A DNA stretch of 62,987 bases, filler included, from Hyphochytrium catenoides (Eukaryota > Protista > Hyphochytriomycota): assembly GCA_900088475.1 (NCBI GenBank). It is 8 parts of 8 records of this genome, joined end to end, with 100 filler letters (N's around TTAATTAATTAA, not from the genome) between each part and the next. Parts side by side here need not be neighbours in the genome. Positions count along the whole stretch, not along the records: positions 33,826 to 57,447 come from FLMG01004001.1; positions 57,548 to 59,026 come from FLMG01000523.1; positions 59,127 to 61,728 come from FLMG01002474.1; 5 more parts are not named here. One strand, given 5' to 3'. Position numbers and translations under genes: made by a program. Every line of letters begins with the position of its first letter. Position 1 is the stretch's first letter. Below are positions 47,780-59,510 of the stretch, one piece after another. The notes beneath the pieces were generated by a model. That model made no database searches. It was not told where the DNA came from and saw nothing but the letters and a program-made list of their open reading frames with translations.

Positions 47780-48190
47780 AAAGAAGAAGTAAAAGATGAA
47801 GAAAGAAGGAGAAGAAGAGGAGGAAGAAGAAGAAGAAGAAGTATATTATAGAAGAAGAAGAAGAGGAAGAAGAAGAAGACAGAGGAGAAGAAGAAAAAGG
47901 AGAAGAAGAAGAGAAAAGAAGAGGAGACGGGAGCCAGAGAGTCCTGGACTCTACAACGCGTTCTTCTCTGCCACCCTCCTCGCCATCACTGTCGAAAAAG
48001 GAAGAAGAATCATGGACTCTTCCGCAATAATGATAGGAGACGGAGGAGGAGAAGAAGAAGGGGCGTGGCGCCGAGAACATCATCATCATCATCGCGCTCA
48101 ATCATACAAGCTAGGGCGGCGTCCAACTGCTGAACAGAAATACGCTTCAGAATCTGAATCGCATTCTCTTCATGGATGGCGACAGAGATG
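47780..48190 (-). mobile_element. 3' fragment of the CRE-clade LINE family (copy G)
   Basis: Reverse strand cagcagttggacgccgccctagcttgtatgattgagcgcgatgatgatg matches ~1343-1395; long GAA tail. Confidence 0.75.
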
Positions 48191-48566
48191 ATTCTGGTAT
48201 CTTTCTTACTCAACCTCCTTTCCGTAGTAGCAGCAGCACTTACCATAATAACAATAGGCAACTATGCGGCAGCCAGAGTTACTCCTTGTCCTCATCTGGA
48301 GTTACTCCTTGTTGTTCTCATCAGGAGGGCCAGAAGAGTCGTCCAGCATCAGCCATCTATCCTCCTTGTATGCCCGCCCCGTTGTATCATCACCGTCTAA
48401 TGATGGCTCTCATTGCCAACTACTACAAAGGTGCACTTCACACTCCCATGTACTACATACTCTTATCATTCTCCTCGTAAGCTGTGAAGACTCTTGAGAA
48501 GTAAGACCACCCTCGCCTCATTACTTACGAGAGATTTAACAACATTAAGTCATCCGTTACCATCAT

Positions 48567-48726
48567 CATGGCCTACCTCTCTCAACATGATGACGGAGGG
48601 AAGATGGATTGTTATGACGTTATGCGGCGGTGTAACAAGGACAGACATGGCCTACGTCTCTCAACATGATGACGGAGGGAAGATGGATTGTTATGACGTT
48701 ATGCGGCGGTGTAACAAGGACAGACA
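48567..48726. repeat. 79-bp tandem duplication
   Basis: catggcctac..caacatgatgacggagggaag..caaggacaga twice, one mismatch. Confidence 0.95.
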
Positions 48727-49627
48727 GGTTAATCTGCAGCATCGCTGCAGCATCGAAATCCTCAGATATGGCGAGCACTAGGGAGGAACAGGTACATTTG
48801 AGGATTTCGATTCTTCGACGATGCTGCAGATGGCCAGCTTCTTTCCTACCAACTCCTCGTTGTCTCTTACTTCAATCTCAGCTTTCCAAGGATCAGCCAC
48901 TTAGATTCTTCCTATAATTATAGTTCCATCATCTTCTGAAATGAGTTCTCATTCAATCTCTTACACGATTCAGCATGACCCTCTAGCAAGAAATGACCAT
49001 CTTCATTGAATGACTCTTGTTTACTTCCGACAAGCTTCAGAGCTGGCTTTATTATTCCCAACTAAGACGTTGATGTTGATAATGATGACGTTTGTTGCAA
49101 GCCCGACGATTATTATCTCTAAGGACGACTAAGGTGAGAAGGAAGATAATTCGAGAGAACGAACTAAGCATAACGTTTGAGCCTTTTAGTCGTATCCTTT
49201 CACCTGCATTCTTCTGTCGCTCAGCGATATGTTTACACCGGTCCCGCGGCCACCCACCATCATCAACCGCTTCTTCGTCCAGCCTCGGCACCGACAATGT
49301 CGGAAGAGATCATCGAACACATGTTAGGGTGAGAGAGAGTAGTCGATATAGTTTATCTTAGGTAAGACACCTTACTACGACACCCGTCTTCTTAGTCATT
49401 ATTTTTTTGAACATAGGCACACCTATCAAGGTGAATACGTGGTATCCCGAGATTGAGTTGTCGTAGAGGCCGTCATTTTCAATGGGAATGGGGAAGGGGG
49501 ACGGCAGAGACTGGACAAACTGCAGACAAACAAGAACGCTGCCTCGTTGTTGGCTTTAGACAGTTTGCTTCTTTGAATGAGCCCTACTGTCCCATCTCCA
49601 TTCTCTGGTTCTTTACGTGATGTTGGT

Positions 49628-49828
49628 TCAATGATGCGTCTCGCCACGCATCCTGTCTCCCATTTGCTGAGTAGTGCTCTTTTGCGAGTCAGGAGTGACT
49701 GCGGCCTTCATGCGGTCCATGGAGCCAGTCACCGTCTCCTTGACTTTCTCTCCCATAGTCTTTTGGTCCTGAGGAGTAGTCTTCTCAGCCATCTGGCTGG
49801 AAAAGTCCTTACGTCCGGTGTCGCTCAT
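49628..49828 (-). CDS. HSP12: Hsp9/Hsp12-like small hydrophilic stress protein
   Basis: MSDTGRKDFS..TPQDQKT.GEKVKE.VT..DR.KA.VTPDSQKS matches the Hsp12 family pattern MSDxGRK...PDSQKS. Confidence 0.85.
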   Translation of the reverse strand: MSDTGRKDFSSQMAEKTTPQDQKTMGEKVKETVTGSMDRMKAAVTPDSQKSTTQQMGDRMRGETHH

Positions 49829-51649
49829 TGTTGTTAAGTGGTTGGAGGTTTGTCGATTTCTGATAAAGCTTGAATTGGTTGTTGTTGGCTTGGCTTGGAA
49901 AATTCAATACTGAGTGCTTGAGAAGAAGCGGCCTGACTCCTGCGCCGTTGACTTCCCTGTTTGCTTAATATAGCAAGGAGTTACGGAGAGTAATAAGAGA
50001 GGTACGACGGAGAAGTGTTCTTGCCAAGTAAGCTCTTGCAAGAAAAGAGGATCGGAGACGCCATTACAAGTACTGTAGAGAGAACACAGCAAGCACTCCT
50101 AGATGCTGGTGTTCGAGACCTAGAGGTGACGCACTTAACTATCTCCTTTCTAAGTTTCTTTCTGATCGCCTTTATGGGTAAAATTCCGTCTACTACATTC
50201 TTCCATTAGCTTTAGAAGAAGAGCAGCAATCGAAAGGGGACCAGACACATCGGGACGAAAGTTCTGGAGAAAGAGGGCTGCGTATTCCCGAACCTCTTTG
50301 TGCTCAACTGCAGGAGAGTTGCCTTTCTGACGATCGCGTCAAGGTGGAAGGGCAAAAAAGCTCCCCACTTCGACCTCTAATAATGGTAATGCCTTAGTTG
50401 GAAGAGCCTTCTTCCTTAGCATATAGTTTCTAGAGGCTAGTCGCGGCAGCCCAACTGGGAAGCAACTGGCTCATAGATGCTCAGTAAGTACTCGCTCATG
50501 GTCAGAAGTTCATTTACGGAGAACAATAATGTTCTGGATATTTATTGAGAACTCTCTGCAGCATGGTGGTCTCCTTGCCTACAGGTCAGAACGAAAATCT
50601 CCTCTCTAAGCCGGTGACTTTACAGCCCCGCAGCTGGAGTTGCTCTCCCTGTGGTGTTGTTCTGCAAGGCGGCAACTGCTATATCTTTTCATGGTTGGCT
50701 TCCTTGTCATCATGATAAACTCAAGCACTATGCCGCACGCAGCAGAACCTGTAGCAAAAGCGTGGGATCTAGAGGCGAGGCAAGGCCGAGAACAGCGTCG
50801 TAGCTTTTGTGAGGATGGGATGATAGGTAGTCCTCGTAGTGCTAACTGTAGTCAAATCTGGCATTGGAGCTGGTGTTTTGTAAGAGCAGCTGCGTGTCTT
50901 GACATGGAGAGGAAGGATCAACACATTTAGAATTGTCGTAACAAAGAGAGAGCGAGGAAGGGAAGAACGAGGAAGCACGTTCATTCTAAATAAGACTACC
51001 ACGAGGCCCCTGCAAACTGCCCTGGTCGTATCTTGGAGGGTGTGTCAAAGATCTTAAAAAGTCATCCACTCGAGCCTTCAACCTCATCATCATTGTGTAC
51101 AAAGATGCCAAAGGAAGATGGATACCTCTTCCTTTTTTTTTCTATTATTATCAGAAAGGACAAGCTCCGAACAACCAGAATTCCATACGAGCATTGTTCT
51201 TCTAGCTGAAACTTCCGTTCCCGCTTGTTCTTCTCTCTGCTTCTTCCTGCATTCATTGTTCTGAGCTTATTACATTCACCCTGTTCAGCCGTCGAAAGCA
51301 CAGGGCTCCGACCAATTTGGTCATCACAATCATGATCCGTGCAAGCACACAACAACATCTTTGTGTTGTACAAGTACAGGATGGATTCTCTTCCCTCCTC
51401 TCACGATACTCCCTCCAACCACGGGTTACTGCGGTGACACGGGCGGACGAACAGGTGACCCCTTTTCGGTTCACAAACCAGCAGGAAGATGCTTCTTTCT
51501 TGCAGCGATTAATTCCATGACGAAGAATAACGGATCGAAAGCGTTTTTCAAAGAATACTACTAACGTAGTTCTATTATAAAAACGAAGTGAACGAAGAAG
51601 AAGCATACTAAGAAAAACCGTTCTCCGCGCTACCATCATTATCGGGAAA

Positions 51650-51830
51650 GGACGGAGGAAAAATCATAATAGTTGAACTCTTCGGCAACAAGGATAGCAG
51701 ATGGCGGAAGAAAAGAAGAGGACGTGCCTCCGAGACCATGATCAACGCATCATACAACCGCTGCAGAGGAAACGCTTCAGAATCATCTGTAGTGCATTCT
51801 CTTTATCATGCAAAAATCTCTATCGCTTTA
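51650..51830 (-). mobile_element. 3' fragment of the CRE-clade LINE family (copy H)
   Basis: atagttgaactcttcggcaac and gagaccatgatca..catacaa match the reverse of ~1365-1475. Confidence 0.65.
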
Positions 51831-53257
51831 ACCCTTCCTACCTGAGTCTCGTCGGCGATTATTTAATAAAGAAAATGCGCTTCTTCCTATCTTGAAGCAT
51901 AGTATTGCTCTTCAATCGTTAGATTCTTCTCTAGATACGGTGCTACCGAGTCATGATGATTGGCCTTGGTCCCTTCTCTTTCCCCCTCTCCCTCGTCCTA
52001 CTGTGATCGGTTGTTGAGGAAGAGAGATTAACTATGTTTCTTTGTTCCTCCATCCTCTTCTTTGTTCTTCTTCTTCTGCTTCTGCGGGGTAGTAAGGCCC
52101 CATGTATAAACGATGAGAAGATGTAGCACTGTGCAGAAAGAGAAAAGAAAAGATCAGCCTTTCTCTGGTTCATGACGGTTGATGTATTTGCGATGCTGTG
52201 GCATAAAAAGAATGATGGGATAATAATGTCATCGGCAGGAAGCGAACAACCAAATGCTTGCATAGTTCTCGAACAGACTCCTCCAGAGCCCTATTTCCTT
52301 TAGATTATCTCAGAGTCCCCGAAGTTTGCCTGACTGCGTGCCGCGGACCCACCACCGGTCAAGGCTATTGCCCCTATCATTGGAGGACGAACGATTGTGA
52401 AGAACGGCCATGGTAGTTAGTGGTGGTGGTCCTGGCAGATTGATATTTGTTATGGGAACTGTAGAAGACTTGAACGGAGTCCACAACGCTTGCATTGTCT
52501 TTTCCTTTCCAGGGATATTTTCCTAGCCGCCGATTGCTACTCGGAAGGTTGTTGTTGTTGATGGCTTGCGTCGTCATCAGTATTCAGTATTGGGAGTTTG
52601 ATGAATGAAGTATGTAAATTCTTGACTAAGCACTATAAAAGCTCTTGCTTTGAGCTCCCCTAATGCCAACCTAATCGTAAAGGTAGAATACTACTGGCCG
52701 GCTTTTCGTACGACCGTTCACTCTTGCCCTTTATTACAAGTGAGGTAGTAGTGCTAACTATTACTCAGGCACGCGCCAAAGAGTAGAGAATCGGAAGAAA
52801 GACTTTGATATAACTGACTGCTGTCTATCACATTATGCCTGGTGTGACATTACGGAGGTATTAGATTAGGGGACAAGCTGCATTGTTATTGGCGGCGGTA
52901 GTGGCTTAAAAGAATTACATGGTAGTGCGGAAGTGTGATCAAGCATATCAATGGTCCGGCAGCGCCTACCTACTACTACTGGACATCCATTGTCTGTTGT
53001 TGCTGGATGCATAAATCGTCCCCACCAAGCTCAACGATGCAGATCACCAAAGGGATTTTGGAATGCCAACCGGCCAATCGTCTTTCTACGTACCAGCCGC
53101 AGCGCTGTCGCCTCATTGACATGCGTGCCGTATCTGATAATAGTGCTAACAGCTTGTTGATAGTACTCGAGTAACGAGTGGTGTCATCATCTGTAGCGAC
53201 AATGCCTCACTTCTCGAGCTGTGTCCGCCTAAACCTGGCTTTTGCAAAAGGTTGCAG

Positions 53258-53635
53258 CTAGCCTTCTGCATGTTGTTGCTGCTTGTACATGACTTCGTTT
53301 TCTGGGTTGGAGTGGTACTCTCCAATAGGAATGTAAGCTGTTGGCAGGGCCTCAGCAGCCCTATTCTTAGACATCATATGCAGGAGTCTACGCCCCTCAT
53401 CTATAAGGCCCCGAATCTCCGTTTCCGCTTCTGCTGCTGCTGCATCGTCAGCTTCACCGTTCTGGCTCTTGTTTGTGTTCTTATTATGGTGGTCAGCCCA
53501 CTTCTTCTGGATGTCATCGAGCTGGTCAGAAAAGGGCTGAAGCTCGTCATCTCGGTATTTGCCCTCCTTATTCAGCATCTGCAACCCATCCAGTGTCATT
53601 TTGAGTTGAGCCTTGACGCGACCTTGTGGATCCAT
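53258..53635 (-). CDS. Small hypothetical helical protein
   Basis: 125-aa ATG-started ORF with normal composition; no domain recognised. Confidence 0.5.
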   Translation of the reverse strand: MDPQGRVKAQLKMTLDGLQMLNKEGKYRDDELQPFSDQLDDIQKKWADHHNKNTNKSQNGEADDAAAAEAETEIRGLIDEGRRLLHMMSKNRAAEALPTAYIPIGEYHSNPENEVMYKQQQHAEG

Positions 53636-55623
53636 GGTGATTCAAGGTCCTTCGAAAGAGAAAATAAACCCCTGGATTGTCGGCGCGCCGCAGGCTGATG
53701 GTAGCAACTAACTCTGCACTTATAGGTTGTGAAGACGGATTGGTTGGGGAGTGAATAACGCGGACAATTATTTTAGATCTTCTCCAGGTGGTCTTTCAGT
53801 ACCCCGCCAGTTCTTGGGATGATGGTCCGCGGGTCAGAAGAAAAAGCTGGCACTGCCACTAAAGGTATGATTGAGAAGAAGAAAGGGCCGGTCACTTTCA
53901 ACAAGGCCCACCAGAGGAGAAAAGCAAGGAAACCGCTAAAGGGAGCTGGTGCTGTTGCCGGCTCACGCAGATATTATGGTGCTAAGAAGAGAACTCCTGA
54001 TGAGATGATGATGCAGAGAGATCCTTCTTTCCTCGGCAGAGGAGAGAAAGGAGAACAGACGACGGCTTCTCTCTTCTTACGAAGAACAGCCGCTGTGACA
54101 AGCGGGCCTGGATACCAGAAGATTGCCCCTTTATACGATAATATTATGGCAGGATCCTTTGGTTTCACGAGGTGTATATTCGCCTGTGCTGATCAATGAC
54201 TTGTTATGTTTCTCTTAATACACATACCAAAAATGGTGCGACCAGGTTAGGTTTTCAGTAACTATCTGATGGGTTATTCTATACATGAGTGGAGAACCAA
54301 TGCCGTGCGAGAGCGGCTCGAATCAGTTCTCCACCTGCTGCTGCAGAGCATTCCCCTGGCAAACAGCACCTTGAAGCGGGGGAGGACAGGCAGCGATGAG
54401 GGACGCATTAGCATTGACGACGAGGGCAACCAGTGATGGCCTTCCGCACTACTGCCAGCTGTATTTGGCACACCTGTTGTTAACAAGAAGAAGGTGGTGC
54501 TAAGACTGCCGTCTAAAGGAAGCGGCGATGAGATAAGACGGGAGGCAGCAGGGAGGTCAGATGGCCCCAATGATGAGGATTGCGATGCTGATGCTGTCCC
54601 CGTCAAAGTTTTCTGTTCTCTCTTAATTAGGGCGCCCTCGTAAGCAATAAAATTGGCCACAGTGTTTGTGGAACGCCGACGGTCTTTGCGAGATGAGGTG
54701 CTGCTGGGTCAGGGTGGGAATCATGATGGCCAGAAATGGATCTCTGTGAGCGCTTTCTCGCCCGACTTTGGCCTTTGCCTTATTAGACAGAAATTCGATA
54801 TCAATCAGCCCTGAAGACGAAGAGACGCAATGAGGGCCACAAGAACCCGTCGCTTCTTAATGGCACATTTGCTATTAGGGGTATAACGCGGTCCTAGTTG
54901 TTGTAGTGAGAAGGTAGGAACTGTTCTCTCGTTGTTGCCCCTCATATGATGCTCTATTTATCGTGGACTTGGATCTCAAGTGGACGAGCGAAGACCTCTA
55001 TTCATTTAGCTCATACGATAGAGGCAGTTTCATGGCGGCTGACCACTTTAGTAGGAGCTCAGCTGTATGAGAGATTGCTCTTGTCCATATGTTTGAATCC
55101 ACGGTCGTGCATGTACGCGCCCAACTCGGCCTTAGGCCGAATGCAAAAGGAACAACCAACGGCCAAATGTTTTGATGTTGCTAGGAAGACAGAACTGTCA
55201 GCTATCTACTATTCCCTCTCTTACCCTGCTCTCCTTTCTCCTTAGCGTTAGAAGATTGCTGATAAGATTGTCTTCATGTGTATCATATTAGCACCTGTAA
55301 ATGATGGCCTCCTGATGGACTTTTGAGACATAATATACAAGCGACTGCGAAATTGTCTTCAGAACGCCGCTGGTGTGAAGAAGCTTAAAATTTCCCTTGC
55401 AAGTATGTCAAGCAAAGAGTCGAAAGGCAGCTTGAAGGGTGAAGCAAGGTGCAATCCCCTGTCTATGCTGATCTTCATCACCATTATGCTTCTCCTAGTG
55501 GAAGGGTAACAGCAGTAATGAAAGATACGCTTGTGGGAGATGGGCGGACCGGTTCCAGGGATAATCCTTCTGGAGCAGGCAGGCTCTCAGGATGCGACGA
55601 CTTCGCTGCCGGGCTGCCAGGAT

Positions 55624-57127
55624 TCAGTCCTTAACAGCCTCAACTTGGGCTACGGGCTTTCGTTCTTCTAACTCCTCGACCTCCTGCTGCCCCTTCTTGG
55701 AGATCTTTTCCTCTTGTGCTACCTCATGTAGTAAGAGTCGGCACTTGATGCGAGCTAGGTATCGTGGGTATCTGAGGCCCAGGTAGATTTGCAGCATGGA
55801 AAGGCATACGTAGGAGATGCCATTGCTGATGCCAAACTCCGACCAAGAGAAAGAAGTGGTGCCAAGCATCTCCACGAGGCTTCCTTTTTTGCCTTCCGGC
55901 GAAAATAGAATCCTGTTCCTTATGGCACAGGCCTCTCCGTCTTCCAGGAGCGTGCCATACATAATGCTGACACGTCTTTCAGAACAATCCATACCTTCTA
56001 CTTTGAAAGCAGACTTGAAATAGAGAGAGAGAATGAGGAGAGAGATCTCAAATAAGGGCAGAAGGAGATATACCCTGAGAATGCGCTGCAGTCTGTTAGG
56101 GTAAGTGTCAATGATAAGGTTGGCAATGGTCCCAACGTTGTAAGAGAGAAAGACGACGGTGTCGTGCGGGTTGAAGCAATAAGTACCGGCCACTGAGAAA
56201 AGAAAAAAGAAGCACTTGGTGATGACAAGAAAGGAGTCGAAAGAGAAGAGCACCCTCTTCACTAAAGCATAGTTAGAGGCGAAGAGCATGTTCTCCCCCA
56301 AGAGCAGAACCGATAACGCGATGAGCGGCGCGACGAGAGGCTTGATCTGGTCCGAGTGAAAGTAAGTATAAAGCACGAGGTAAACGCCTATGAGCGTTAG
56401 GTTGAAGAACGAGAGAGAGGAGAACACTCGGTAGTATCTCACTCTTAGTGGGTAATACAGAGATGATAGAGAATCTCCGAGTAGGGCACATATGGTTTTC
56501 TGACTGCTTTCATGTGCTGAGAGAAATATCTCAGGATATTCCGGGGAGAGACGGAGCATGGGATACGCAACCTGGTCCCAACTCTGAGAGGAAGAGGGCG
56601 AGGACAGGTAAGACGGAGAAGATCTATTCTGGCCTTTGTCCTCTTCAACCCCACCCGCTTTTGACGTCTTAGCTTGAAAAGCATTGTTAGGACTCCTTTT
56701 GTTCTCTTCTACCTGTCCAAGTGGCGTCTTGTTTAGTCCGGCAATGGCTGCATGGACTACCTCCGTTCGGTCCGCTTCTCTGCCGCTGTGGAAGGCTGTC
56801 AGAGGCACAGCCAACTGGTTTGAAGCAGACGAAGAGGTCCAGGCAGTGGTGATTGTGGGCAAAACAGCCCTTGTGAGATAAGATGACGGAGACCGGAGGA
56901 GTGCCGATGGCAAAGATGGAGCCACCTTTTTCCCTTTCTTGTTCAGGGTTAACTGTATTCCACCTCCTGCCTTCTCTCCTTCCTTGCCGTCTTTACTGCC
57001 GCCAGATGTTTGCTTGTCGCCAGTCCTAGCGATAACCGCCAAAGACTTCTTACCTCCGGGTTTCCTCGCGTTTTCCTTCTTTCGCTTCTGCTCTCGAAGC
57101 CTGGCTGCCGCTGACATTATCATCATT
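55624..57127 (-). CDS. Uncharacterised membrane protein, single ~6-TM module after a disordered N-terminus
   Basis: Part of a 570-aa ORF (could start at 57336); NYALVKRVLFSFDSF and LIIDTYP parallel the modules of 38125-40821. Confidence 0.8.
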
Positions 57128-57547
57128 GGGCTCTGCAAGATTACGCAGTGATGCAGAGACTTCGAAGAGACCCAGATCGTCCTAACCATAACTAAGACGT
57201 ACGTGAAAGCTTGGTTAAGAGTGAATTCCAACAAGGACAACGAAGGAAGTCCACTTTCTCTGTCCCCAAAGCATTGGTCTTTTGCAGGTGTGAAGTTCCC
57301 TTTCAGGTCCACACGGTACTCGCACAAATCTGGCATCTGCCGTCCAAAGAGTAGAATTGAGATAACCGAGACGATTACGACCAGGCTGATCTTCAGATAC
57401 TGAGTCGCTCTTCTCCTGCTTGGCCTGATGGCATCATAGCAGACTCCNNNNNNNNNNNNNNNNNNNNNNNNNNNNNNNNNNNNNNNNNNNNTTAATTAAT
57501 TAANNNNNNNNNNNNNNNNNNNNNNNNNNNNNNNNNNNNNNNNNNNN

Positions 57548-58424
57548 CGAAGGGTAACAAGATACCAGCAGCGATGTCCCTGGGGAAAGTAAAAAGAAAG
57601 CTTGAGAGGCCAGAGCAAGCAGACAGATAAAAACAGAACTGAGGGTTAAACTCAGGACGAAGAGTAGGACACCTCACGATGCCCTCACACTAGCGAAGAA
57701 CGTCCGAAGTTTTGTTGCTAAGCTTTTAAGCAAACTCAGTAACTCATACGCTTACCCATGCGAAGAAGGGGAAAGGAGCTCTCCAATATCGTGCAGCAAA
57801 GCAGCCACAACGACCTCTTCGTCCGCTCCATCCCTGAAGGCTCTTGTGGCAGACTGTAAGCTGTGCTCATAGAGATTAACCTACGGTAGAAGGTAGCAGA
57901 GCATCAGAAGAAGTCATAAAGGGGAGAGGCGAAGGTTGGATTAAAGCAGATTGGAAACGAAGATGGGACTCCTAGAACCGCGCCAGCCTTCTTTGAAAGC
58001 AGGGGCGAGGTGGTAGCACAGATCTATCACTCCTAGATCTTAGTTGGGTCTTTACCTGAGCACCCACGGAGACCCCCGTTTCTGGGTGGTCAAGCTGCTT
58101 GAGTAGCCATAGAACCCTCTGAGACTGACGCCTGGCATTGGATACATCAGCGTAGAGCTCAGCCATCAGCTCGTACTCCTTTTTAGTCCCGTCTTTCATA
58201 GCAGTAAACTTCGTTATCACGTTCGGCACTTTATAGTTGTCTTCATTGCATTTGAGATAGGTCTTCAGATCGTAAGGATCAGAGCTCGACGAATGGGTTC
58301 GGATTGAGCCAGTAAACTGCGTTAACGGCCCTCCCTCCCGTTTCCCATACTGTGTGACAGCGCGACGAAGGTTGATCGCGAGAGGAGGAGTGGATATATG
58401 CCTTGGGAGAAAGTTGCGGGCCAT
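57548..58424 (-). CDS. HD-domain protein of PhnZ/TmpB-like type with presequence-like N-terminus (3' truncated)
   Basis: Introns 57881-58055 and 57580-57755 give FTAMKDGT..QVNLYEHSLQSATRAFRDGADEEVVVAALLHDIGELLSPSSHGDIAAGILLPF. Confidence 0.88.
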
Positions 58425-58911
58425 GGCAGTTGTCAACTTTTGCAGAAGCTGTTGGAGGGAGGATACCGCTATTTTCTGGCTGGCAAAGCAGAAGGCGGCC
58501 CGGAACTCCTCAGCTGGTGGACAACCAAGCTTAATAGGTACGTCCCTCTGAACTCAAACTCATAGAAGTCTTCAGCAGCAATCTCTAGCAGTCTGCGGCG
58601 GTACTACCATTGATAAGCGGCAGCTGGGTGATGATGCTGGTCATTCATATTATGAGGGAAGTCCTGGTCTGACTCTTCATCTTCGCATCAGTATGGTAGA
58701 TCCATCCTCAAAGTACAAACCAAGGTGTACACAGACTTGTCACTTGTCACATCCTTATTTCTATGATTATTGTGTATTGCACCAAATTATGAATCATGCA
58801 ATGATCTTATCAGTTATCGTTATAGTAGACAGTTCAGAGTCTCCACTATTCAGAGTTCCCGCGTTCAAAGAGTCGTAGAGAGGAGAGATTAATGGGGTAA
58901 TATAAAGGCCT

Positions 58912-58930
58912 TTAGAGCATCTCCACCGGG
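58912..58930 (+). mobile_element. Possible PIF/Harbinger (Tourist-like) terminal inverted repeat
   Basis: TTA followed by GAGCATCTCCACCGG; the partner end would lie beyond the contig end. Confidence 0.3.
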
Positions 58931-59126
58931 GGTCTTTATCGCTATCTCTATCGCTAAACTTTCATGTCTCTATCGCTACTGTATATAGCTTTCATACCCA
59001 AGCACGTTGCCGGTTAGTGAGTCTCTNNNNNNNNNNNNNNNNNNNNNNNNNNNNNNNNNNNNNNNNNNNNTTAATTAATTAANNNNNNNNNNNNNNNNNN
59101 NNNNNNNNNNNNNNNNNNNNNNNNNN

Positions 59127-59510
59127 AGTTGGTGCTGGAGTTGGTGCTGGAGTTGGTGCTGCAGTTGGTGCTGGAGTTGGTGCTGGAGTTGGGGCTGCAG
59201 TAGGTGCTGCAGTAGGTGCTGCAGTTGGTGCTGCAGTAGGCGCTGCAGTAGGTGCCTCAGTAGGAGCTGCAGTCGGTGCCGAGGTAGGGGCCGCAGTAGG
59301 TGCGGCAGTAGGTGCGGCAGTAGGTGCAGCTGTCGGTGCGGCAGTAGGTGCAGCTGTCGGTGCGGCAGTAGGTGCCTCAGTTGGAGCTGCTGTAGGTGCC
59401 TCCGCACTTGTGGCACCAGCTAGAAGTCCTATCATGAAGGCAGTAAGGAATGCTAAGAGAGTTAGCTGGTGCAGCCATCTCCGATACCGGCACGCTGGTG
59501 ATGGACTCAT
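59127..59510 (-). CDS. Secreted mucin-like protein with (APTA/APTE/APTP)n repeats, N-terminal part only
   Basis: Signal LTLLAFLTAFMIGLLAGATSA, then 12-bp repeats with synonymous third-position variation; runs into the gap. Confidence 0.8.
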
